From Haliotis rubra (Eukaryota), in contig NW_025765037.1 in the NCBI RefSeq assembly GCF_003918875.1, positions 806,001-870,000 on the forward strand: DNA of 64,000 nt. Reading direction: 5' to 3'. Position 1 is the first letter of the stretch. Each line of letters starts with the position of its first letter. Shown here piece by piece: positions 51,001 to 63,000 of the stretch. Under the pieces are notes generated by a model, which saw nothing but the letters and a program-made list of their open reading frames with translations, did not search any database and was not told the origin of the DNA. Made by a program: the position numbers and the translations under genes.

Positions 51001-54000
51001 TCTCAATTAGCGTGAGGCCTCATCACCTCTGAGATAATAAAACTATCGCGCAGATAAAAACAGGATTAGGGACAAGTTGTTGGCATATTACCTATGTATT
51101 ACATACTACTCATAACAGCAATACTAAAAGTGATTGAGTGATTGAGTGATTGAGTGAGTGAGTGAGTTAGGTAGCAATATTCCAGCAATATCACGGCGGG
51201 GGATACCAGAAAGGGCCTTCACACATTGTAACCATGTGGGGAATCGAACCCGGGTCTTCGGCGTGATGAGCAAACGCTTTAACCACTAGACTACCCCACC
51301 GCCCCAGCAATCCTAAGAGGTTTACAGACGACCGTGTCCCCGTCCGACGGGAAATACTGACTGAACATAAATGACAGGATACATTTGTGTAAGATATATG
51401 GTGAGCATAGCTTTGGTTGGTTGGTTGATTGCAATATCCCAGCTATATGGCGGCGGTCTGTAAATAATCGAGTCTGGACAAGGAATGGTGGCAGCCTAGC
51501 ACTGATCCCAGTATACGCCACAGATCAACCCTACAAAGACCCCCGAAAATAAAAAATAAATAAAAACAAATATAAAAAACAGCCCTATAATATACCCTGA
51601 AAATCCCACACCACCCCTAAAATAAACCCAGAATATCGAACACCAAAGTCGAATCCCAGAACCCAGAATGCTCAACAGACCAGACCTACAATGACCCCGG
51701 TATATCCAACAGACCAGACTTACAATGACACCAGTATATCCAACAGACCAGCCCTACAATGACCCCAGTATATCCAACAGACCAGACCTACAATGACCCC
51801 AATATATCCAACAGACCAGTCCTACAATGACCTCAGTATATCCAACAGACCAGACCTACAATGACCCCAGTATATCCAACAGACCAGACCTACAATGACC
51901 CCAGTATATCCAACAGACCAGACTTACAATGACCCCAGTATATCCAACAGACCAGACCTACAATGACCACAGTATATTCAACAGACCAGTCCTACAATGA
52001 CCCCAGTATATCCAACAGACCAGACCTACAGTGACCCAGGTATATCGAACAGACCAGCCCTTCAATGACCCCAGTATATCCAACAGACCAGACCTACATT
52101 GACCCCATGACTATATCGCGGCGGTCTGTAAATAATCGAGTTTTGGTCCAGACAATCCAGGGATCAACAGCATGATCATCAATCTGGTAATTCGGAACCG
52201 ATGACATGTGTCAACCAAGTCAGCGAGCCTGACCATCCCATCCCGTTAGTCGCCTCTTTTGACAAGCATGGGTTACTGAAGACCAATTCTAACCCGGATC
52301 TTCACGTGTCGGTGAGCATAGCAACTACGATGACTCGTTGACATGGGTTACTGAAGACCAATTCTATCCCGGATATTCACGTGTCGGTGAGCATAGCAAC
52401 TACGATGACTCGTTGACATGGATCGATGAAGATCACTAGATTGTCTGTTCCGGCTTCGATTGTTTACAGACCAAAGTCATAGAGCTGGCAAAATGCTGAG
52501 TGAAAAACAGATACACAAACGTAGCGTCAGTTATGTCTTTAAAAAAACGTAACACTGAGTGATTGCTCAGAATCCTCGATCATTTGTGCACTGCCAGATT
52601 TACCAAACTGAACCAGTACCTTTTGTCCCGCTTTGTGTTCTGTTGTCTATCGTATATTTCGTCATATTATTAGGGGCGTTTGTATAGCTTGGTGGTTAAT
52701 GCATTTGCTCGTCACGCCGAAGACCCGGGCTCGATTCCCCACATGGGTACATATATGAAGCCCATTGCATTGTCCCCCGCCTAATATTGCAAAAAGCGGC
52801 GTAAAACTAAACTCGTTCACTCACTAAATGATAAATATCCGAACTCACTCGAATTTTATCATGCCGTTAAATATTCATTACCTAAACTTATCCTGGTGTA
52901 ACAGAGTGTATGTTTTCTCGTCTTTGTCTTTTTAACATCGGTTTGTTTCCAGGTCGTGGATCCCGATGAGACTTTTCTGTTGATGTTCACGTCATTCAGC
53001 AACACCGTCCCCGCCTTCAATGTCACAGTCACCATCACTGACGATGAAGGTAGGTTCATGTCCTTTATGGGGTGAGGTGAGGTGAGGTGAAATTGGTTTA
53101 ACGTCGTGCTTGAGAATATTTCGCTCATATGACGACGTGCATGCGTGTGTATGTGTATGTGCGGTTGCTTGTACTAGCCCAGACTGAAGCTGGTTTTATA
53201 GTGCTGAGATACTACGCCACAGTGAAGCATGAATACCCACTCAGACACATTATACTGACTCCGAGCCGACCAGTCCTCGTTGTACCCATTAATGCCGAGC
53301 GCCAGGCAGGGACCAACAAGTACCATATTTTAACGTCTTTTGGTATGACGCGGCCGGGGATCGATCCCGCAACCTTCCGCACTCCGGGCGGACGCTCTAA
53401 CCACTACACCACGGAGGCGGTCTCCTATATGGGGCGGTAGGGTAGCCTGTAGACTATCAATTAGTCTCTGAAATGAACATGTTTTACAGAAAAAAGCTCA
53501 TAGTGAAAAAAAATATAATGAAAAGGAGCCCTTAGACTTTCTTCATTTTCAGAAGTGAAGTTTAATGACAGGTGTATGCGCAACCTACATATGCTTATTG
53601 CCCACACACCTGTTATAAAAATTCACTTTCCTTTTTCACAATGGTGGTTTGTCGTTTTGTAGTATCAGTGATTTCGACTTGGTATCGTTTCTTTGTCCCG
53701 TTAGTTTATTTCACCGTCGCAATACGGACGGTGGATGTTCTTAATTATGTCCTGGTTAATTAATTGGAACATGCCTCCATTGCCACAGTGGCACCCGTCT
53801 CTCTGACGTACCCTACAACGCTCACTCGTCTGGAGAGTGTTGGCAACTACAACATCACCATTTCCCGGAGCGACCTATCAACTCACGCCTTCACCGTTAA
53901 CGTCACCACCAGCGACGGCACCGCGGTGGCTGGACAGGACTACAACAGCATCATGTCCATTCTTTCCTTCGGCTCCAGTGAAAACTCCAAGACAGTACAA

Positions 54001-57000
54001 GTTGAAGTGCTGGATGACAGTGTTAGGAAGTTTATTAATAACATAAACAATTGTCTGTAGCGTTCTATACCTTCACTAAGAAGGCATGACCGTGATAATT
54101 TGATACACTTATAAAGGACAAGGAAAAAAGTCTATTTCTTTTCCAATTTAAGGATTTAAATACTAACGAAATATCATTGATGCTTGATTGGCGTGCTGCA
54201 ATTTCGAGATTCCCACCTTGTTTACAGATCGAGGAGAGCTCGGAGACCTTCACTATAGATCTGTCTGGGACCGATATCGTAAGCGGTACCATCACCTTCC
54301 AAATAACAGATGATGATGGTATGTACAGTCATATGACAGATCTGTTCGGCAGAGCTTTCTCTAAATGATAAATCCCCCCAGGGTTCAAATTGTGAAGACC
54401 ATTTGTGGTGTCCCCCGCAAAAAGCAAGATTTTATGGATGTCAACTTCTTTATTGTAACACTCTTGCTTTTCCTCTGTTGGCATCCATAAAATCTTGCTT
54501 TTCCTATGTATTCCACTTCTAAATACCCTTCAAAGATACCTGATGAAGGAGCAAGCATACACTCCGAAACGTCGTGTTATTCACAATAAAGAAGTTGACA
54601 TCCATAAATCTTGCTTTTCCTTCAAAGATTTGAAGCTGATACACCTTGACATAACTGGAATACTATTTAAAGTGGCGTTCAACCCAGCTAATTAACTGCT
54701 TAAATCTGTATGTTTTAACTGTGAAAATATGTCATAATTAAAATGTGGATACATCTAAATATATATAATACATAGATGACGAGTATTATTCAATGGGGAT
54801 GCTACAATCCTTTCTAAAATACGAAAATCACCTCTATTCTTTTAAATGAGGATTTCTGTCTCTCAGGCTTGTGCTTGTGCCTGATCGTTTGTTAATACTG
54901 TATTGCAATACTGATCGGTGTATGTCTCAATTGAAGATCCGGGTAAAATTACTTTCGTAATAGACGACTAATGCTTGTGCTTGTGTTTGTGCTTGTGTGC
55001 TTGTGCTTGTGCTTGTAATCGTATACCAGTTGCGTAGATCGATGACTGTCAAACACTAGATTTTCAGCGCTAGACTCATTTATTTATAGAAATATAGCGG
55101 GAATTTCGTTTAACAAACAAACAAACAGAGTAACACAAACGTATATATATGATCTCCTGATGTCTGTACAGCTCGCGATGACTTTCATTGTGGACGAGGC
55201 GTCAGCCAACCATGTCTGAATGGAGGAACCTGCCAAGCTGATGGCGAGTGTATGTGCCCGTCCGGTTACCTGGCCCCTAACTGTGAGGTAGACCCAAGTA
55301 CGTATTCATATCTTACATAAGAATTCCTATCGATAGATAGTTACAAAATGTGTGTTTTTCGTGTTCTTGGACATGGAAATTATAATCAAAATTGAATGCT
55401 ATTTTTTTCGAATAAAAGGAGCTCTGCTCCGCAAGCGATTATACCATTATACGATTATGCACAAGACTCGTAAACCAGCCCTTAAATGAAACACCAAAGA
55501 AACTTTAAAAAAGGCATTATTCAATTTCAGATTCGATATGAGGGACCTCGTCATTAAAAGAACGTGTTTTCAGCTTTATTTATTTGGATACAAAGGCTAT
55601 CTTCATATTGCCGTGCCTCTTTAGTCGCTTTGCAATCGTTGCCAAACAAACGTCAAAGAATATCTCACCCTCGTGTCTGTTGACATCAAATATATCCGTA
55701 TGAGTTGATAAAAGGGAGACAACTCCGAGGCTTACTCACTTTTGTCAACAAGTGGTGATATATTTGATATCAAAAGACACGAAGGTGAAATTCTGTTTAT
55801 CATCCAATATCATGCTTGATTTGTCGTTCAAGAGAAATTTAAAACGAAACGTCACCTGTAACAAGTTCATTTGAAGACTTGCGTATGAATTCATCCAAGT
55901 AAACAAGAGAGATGGAAGAGGGAAGGAGTGACACCATTACGTCATAAAAGCAAGCACATAACAGAGCTAACATTTATTTTGCTTTTAATTTTTAAAAAAA
56001 ATTTTATGAACAAAAATAACTCATTGCGGTGGCCATCTTTGTTTACAGCTGAAGGAGATGAAAGTAGTCCGAAAATATTGACCAATCAGCAATTAGCTCT
56101 AAACGTACAAAAACGATAATTCCTAGGAACTTTCTACAAGCGATATCTCTCTGGAAACCAGTATTGGATGATAAATCACAATATCAACAAGTCCTGTGTT
56201 CGTCAGGGAACAAGTGTCATTATGATGGTGCAGGTGTTACTCATTCCCTACTTAGCAAAGAGAAATAACTGTCTATCTATGACACACATATGATGTTTTA
56301 GCGCGACACAACGGGGCTGGATGCGACAACAGGTGTGGTGATAATGGCTGGTGCATTGCCGACTCGTCTTCCGGAAGTACACTAATTTCTTGCGTCTGCG
56401 CAGCCGGCTGGGCTGGAGACCGGTGTGATGAGCGAGCTTGTGAGTGACACGTGTTTATGCGAGATGTGCATTGTCTCTATTATGTCATGATCTTGACACA
56501 GATTCTAGAACAGTCTGGAAACTGTACTGTATGACGCAACTACCCATAATGCTAATGTTTCGACCAATCGGCAGCTATTTAGATGTGTTAACGTTTTACG
56601 AAAATGGAGGACTTCGAAAGTTCATATTACCACCTTTACATGAATTTTAGTATTTAGTCACTGGCACCAGTGACTGCTGTGTTGGTATCGGATGTTACGG
56701 GAAAACCAGGACATTTTTCTTTTTATGCAAGCACCTGGAATCAACGTTTCTCAACTATATTGCCTTTAAGACTCGGTGGTATCAGTTATAGCCGATAGTC
56801 GAGACTGGTTACGTTATGGCTTTTAAGCTTTACAGTTTTGCGTCAGGGGTATGTGTATGGGTGAATGCCATAGTATGATCTACATTTGGATCTTGTTTCA
56901 AAGATGAGTGTGTGAGAGAATTTACGAGCAAGGATGCCGAAAGAAGTCCCTGAATTTACGAAGATACCAATCTCCTCTCCTCAATCCAGAATATAATCAC

Positions 57001-60000
57001 TACGAATCCCTCGCTAAACGAATAATAATTACCACAGATCTCAAAAACATTTAGAAAAGGGTGCACCTTGTTGTCAAATCACTGAAATATGTTGAAACAA
57101 TTAAAACATATAAAGCATTTTTTTTAACCTGCACCCAATTTTTTATAAGATCAATCCGGGGGGCATATACGACTTTAGCGAGTTCCAAATACCGTCTAAA
57201 CAGACCCTGGAATCCGACGTACTAAAATGGGATGAAAGTGTCAACATGAGAAAACACTACAGCACTGTAAAATTCCTGAGTGCAGTAAACCAACTTGTTA
57301 CAGATTCCGTGCAGTGCAACACCAACAACTTCAGTGTGTGCATCACGCCGTATTCTATTGCCTCCTTCGTGGGCGTTGTCTACGTCAAGGACAAGAAGTC
57401 GACGGAGGGATGCGTGTTGTCGATGGCCCCAGCGGTCGCTGACCCCAGCGATGGTCTGTTAGACTGGTGCAAGGGCTACGCAGCGGTCATCGAATACAGC
57501 GGTGGCGCCTGCGGGGACTTTGGGCCCGTTATTAGTGTAAGTTTTCTCAGGAGGAATTTGTATATGATGAGTGAGTGAGTGAGTGAATTTAGTTTTAGCA
57601 ATATTCCACCACGGCGGGGAGACCAGAAATTGGCTTGATACATTGTACCTATGAGGGGAATCGAACCCGCGTGCTCGAACTGACGAGCAAACGCTTTAAC
57701 CACTAGGCCAGAAGAAAGCACTATTCCATGACAATGTAGATACCCAGGGTTAGAATTGGTCAACAGCAACCCATGCTTATCGTAAGATGCGGCTAACGGG
57801 ATCGGTTGGTCAGGCTCGCTTTGGTTGACACATGTAAAAAAAATGCACATGATTTTGACCACTGTCTGGAACCACACGAATACTTACAGACCGCCATAAT
57901 TTATCTGGAATGTTGCGGCGTTAAAAACGAACAAACAAACAAACAAAACGATGTATTAGAAAGAATGTCATCGATGTCATTGGGATCTGACGTTTGTCGA
58001 GTTTCAGCGACCTCAGTCTGGTTGCATTTTGCAAACGTTTGCAATGACAAATTTGTTGGACATGTCTCTATTTGTCATGCAGTTTACAAGCATTGTACCG
58101 AGGTAGCAGTATCACGTTCTTTACACACATCGACTGACCAACACATGTATCTGATAACCGGCTACTTCTTGGTGCAGGACAACACTACGTACGTCATGCA
58201 ACTGATCGTGCAGTACAGCAACGTCAGCGTCTTCTACACTGACGAGCTCGTGTCTTTTACGTGCAGCTTCAGAAACGACAGCCTGACGATCACCTCGGGT
58301 TCCACCATTAGTACCAACCCCTCAACGTGAGTCACAGTCTACACATCAGTGAGTGAGTGAGTGAGTGAGTGAGTGAGTGAGGCTTTACGTCGCTTTTAGC
58401 AATATTACAGCAATATCACGACGGGAGACACCAGAAATGGGCTTCACACATTGTACCCATGTGGGGAATCGAACCCGGGTCTTAGGCGTGACGAGCAAAT
58501 GCTTTAACCACCAGGCTAACACACCGCCCACCTACCCATGGTGGCCTCTACTATCTTGGGTCACAACAATGACGAATGAACCCTTTTCCCACCGCCATAT
58601 AGCTGGAATATTGATGAGCGCGGCGTAAAACTAAACTCACTCACCATTTCCCAGATGTGCAGGTTCGATTTTGTACAGCTTCATCAGAGGTTGCTGAAGA
58701 ACCACTGCGTGAGAGTTTGTTTGAATGTTGTTTTACGCCGCACACAGCCATATTCCAGGTATATGACCTTGCTTTCACTAGGAGCGACAAAACCCTTTCC
58801 ATGTTCGTAAGAAATCACTGCTACAAAGCAGAGTCGATTGTGCAATTGGGACTATATCATGAGCCTATACTTATTTCAGCTGTTATACAGCTGTACGATG
58901 TTGTGCATTATTGGGTTGATATTTTCAGTACAATTCTAAAGAAACCGTCATGATATTGACGGAGAATAAGCGAGACTGAATCTACCAGTCTCAAATGTGT
59001 TTTATTGAATGAATATTTGAATATCTTTCAGTGCAATCCTAAGGACACATTCAAAATATTAACGGAGAATAAGCGAGAATTTGGAAGAACCGATTCGTGG
59101 CGATCATATTTTTCAAAACATTATTGGATTTCATTTCACAATCTTTCAGTGCAGTGCTAAAGAAACAGAACGCTGGCGGGTCTTTCATTCCGGCTTCTCT
59201 GTCAGTGACCGCGCCAGACAATACTCCAATCACTAGCTCCCTCAATCTTGGGGAGGAAATCAAGATCTGCGTCTCCGTCAATGATGGTACAGATAGCCTT
59301 CATGGCTGATTTGTTTCAAGATTATCAATAGTTCAAACTGAACATTAAATCCAAATTTCCTTATACACCTGTCGGTGAGAAACCTATATTCAACTTATGT
59401 GAGGGATCGAATCCCACGTCCATGATTGGTTACTCCAATGACCAGAGATCTAATTACTAAGATATTAAATGGAAACTATTCAAAATGGTGGGATATGTTA
59501 GCCTAGAGTTAAAAAATTCACACTGAAAACCAGAATTTGATTCCAATCACGGTTACTTGTGTGGTCTTTACTTGCGGTATATATATCAGACCGTTTAATT
59601 TTCGTTACCTTATAAAGTGTATTCACAAGATATCCATGTAAGTTAGCTTCATAAAAATATATTTTAAAGCCGCAAATAAATACATATACTGTTTCAGCAA
59701 CTGACTTCAAATCTGTCCTAATCCACCTCGTCATAATCAACAACACCCGCTCCGGCGCCGACTACAGACAAATGACCATCTACAAGGACGGGTAAATTAT
59801 TCATTCATATTTAGTCGTCCTTACAGAAGGGTAATCTTTCATGGTCCAGAAGACACTTCTAGTCCAGGCCCGTCATATATGTCTGACCCCGGAAACAACT
59901 GAAGCACATACTACATGCGGTGACTTTCTTTGAAATGTGTCCCTGTTCAATGCACATTGAATGGGTACCCGGTAGAATGAGATGTGACCTTCTTGAACCT

Positions 60001-63000
60001 AGGCAGCCGCGGCTGTATACTCCATTGGGACATATACGAGGGCTAACTGTTCCATTGGCTGGGGTAATAATAATATAGCTCTCTAAGTATTCTATAATTG
60101 ATCGATTTGGCAGATTGCAAATACACTGGCTTCTTCTTTTTATCAAAGAAATAGTTTCGATATCGAAGACAATCTATGAGCAAAATGTATGAGCAGACAA
60201 ACAAAACTTAACATGGTTTTGAATGACCTAGGACTGTCATTTAACTCTTGCCCAGTTTAATGCACCATTATCCTTACTAAATATCCGTGCAATACGTTGT
60301 GGTACACTTCAAACGTTCTTCAGGTAGGTAGACTCTCGTAGTCGCAAGCGGTCGTCCTCTTCTTCTAGATGTATCGATATATAGGGGGAAACTTCCTGAA
60401 ACATCTTATGTTCAAAGAAGGTGTAGTACGTGGCTGTAACGTGAATGTTCCCTCCAGTGAAGGATGGGTGTGGGTGTAACGTGAATGTTCCCTCCAGTGA
60501 AGGAGATGGGCGTGGTTGTAACGTGAAGGTTCCCTCCAGTGAAGGTGGTGTGGTTGTAACGTGAATGTTCCTCCAGTGAAATGGGTTCCCTAACGTGAAT
60601 GTTCCCTCCAGTGAAGGAGATGGGCGTGGTTGTAACGTGAATGTTCCCTCCAGTGAAACGTGAAGGATGGGATGGGCGTGGTTGTAACGTGAATGTTCCC
60701 TCCAGTGAAGGAGATGGGTGTGGTTGTAACGTGAATGTTCCCTCCAGTGAAGGAGATGGGTGTGGTTGTTACGTGAATGTTCCCTCCAGTGAAGGGATGG
60801 GTGTGGTTGTAACGTGAATGTTCCCTCCAGTGAAGGAGATGGGCGTGGTTGTAACGTGAATGTTCCCTCCAGTGAAGGAGATGGGCGTGGTTGTAACGTG
60901 AATGTTCCCTCCAGTGAAGGAGATGGGTGTGGTTGTAACGTGAATGTTCCCTCCAGTGAAGGAGATGGGTGTGGTTGTAACGTGAATGTTCCCTCCAGTG
61001 AAGGAGATGGGTGTGGTTGTAACGTGAATGTTCCCTCCAGTGAAGGATGGGCGTGGTTGTATCGTGAATGTTCCATCCAGTGAAGGAAATGGGTGTGGTT
61101 GTAACGTGAATGTTCCCTCCAGTGAAGGATGGGCGTGGTTGTATCGTGAATGTTCCATCCAGTGAAGGAGATGGGTGTTGTTGTAACGTGAAGGTTCCCT
61201 CCAGTGAAGGAGATGGGTGTAGTTGTAACGTGAATATTCCATCCAGTGAAGGATGGGCGTGGTTGTAATGTGAATATTCCATCCAGTGAAGGAGATGGGT
61301 GTGGTTGTAACGTGATTGTTCCCTGCAGTGAAGACGGGTGTGGTTGAAACGTGAAGGTTTTCAGTGAAGTGATCGGCGTGGTTATAACGTGAAGGTTCCC
61401 TCCAGTGAAGGGGATGGGTGTGGTTGAAACGTGAAGGTTTTCAGTGAAGTGATCGGCGTGGTTATAACGTGAAGGTTCCCTCCAATGAAGGAGATGGGTG
61501 TGGTTGTAACGTGAATGTTCCCTCCAGTGAAGGGGATGGGTGTGGTTGTAACATGAATGTTCCCTCCAGTGAAGGGGATGGGTGTGGTTGTAACGTGAAT
61601 GTTCCCTCCAGTGAAGGAGATGGGTGTGGTTGTAACGTGAATGTTCCCTCCAGTGAAGGAGATGGGTGTGGTTGTAACGTGAATGTTCCGTCCAATGAAG
61701 GGGATGGGTGTGGTTGTAACATGAAACTCCCTCTAGTGACGATGGATAGGGTTTGAAATGAATCTTCTCCCCTGTAAATGAAGTGTTTGACATTTCTAAA
61801 GGTGTACACCCACGAATGCGTCTGGAATCCTTGTGGCCGGATCCCCCTACTGGGACAGTGGCAACAAACATACAATGTGCATCAAGATCAAGGCCTTCTA
61901 CTTCGATGACGATGCGGGCCTGGCCAGTCCTCAACTGGGTGTTGTCGTCCAAGTTACAGTCTACACGAACGCAGGGGATGCTGTCCTGGTATGTATAGGG
62001 ACTGAGGGTCTCCTTGTTGTAGGTAGCCATAATTAGCTCGTATATGGTTGTCTTCTCAAGATAGACATATTGAACACTCACTTTACTACTCTCCACAAGC
62101 TCAAGAGTTACATAAGAGTTCAGCTGCTGGGAGTTAGCTCCCCTAGATTATGTTATGCATACATTACTGGTAGTAAATGATACACAGGAATAAACACCTG
62201 GGCCACTATGTACGTTATATTTCACTTTAACAATCAATATAATTGTAGTTGAGATAAATGGAATGTTATTGTTTATTATTGTTGTTACATGACGTTGATC
62301 TGTACATAATCGAGTCTGGACCTGACAATTCAGTGATTGACGCCTTGACCTGTGTACTTGGGACACGATGACATTTGTCAACCAAATCAGCGACAGTTTA
62401 ACGTGTAAAGACACAGTATCCTGAAGCCAGCCGACCAGTCCTTCATGTATCACCTTCATGCTTATTAGGGCCAGTCAGGGTAACAACAAGTGCCATCTTT
62501 AAAGAATACTGCCCTGATGTGTGTTGGGGTTAGAACCAACTACTCTTCGCACGATATTTGGGGAAACCTTCCCGATTTGTAAACGGCCTTGACGTGGGAA
62601 TCGAATATTATGGCCTTTAGTGATCTTCCACTGTTATACCACAGGGGACATCAGAAATGGGCATTCCACGTTGATATTTATTTGTTTCCCATCTCCCGCC
62701 CACCCTGATTTTAGATTTAATAATTAATTTTTTATTATCTCAATTTTTCCTGCCGCTGTTGAAGTGTATGGCCTGGTTTGATACACACATATAAAACGAC
62801 CAGGTCAGCTTGGTCTTTCATCCTCTATCTTATCAGAAAATATATTCGAAATCAAAGTGATTCCATCTACATCATGAATTAATAAAAAACCTATAACTAA
62901 TTGAGCTAGATTTTACAACATCATAACACATGTTACGTGATTAGTGAAAAACACTTACTAATTATTTATTTATAATTTTTCGCCCGCTCCCATGTTAGGT

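Noticed and set aside
60309-62096. 595-aa minus-strand ORF and overlapping ORFs
   Set aside because: Produced by the stop-free 42-bp minisatellite; its unique part is antisense to ZP exon 13
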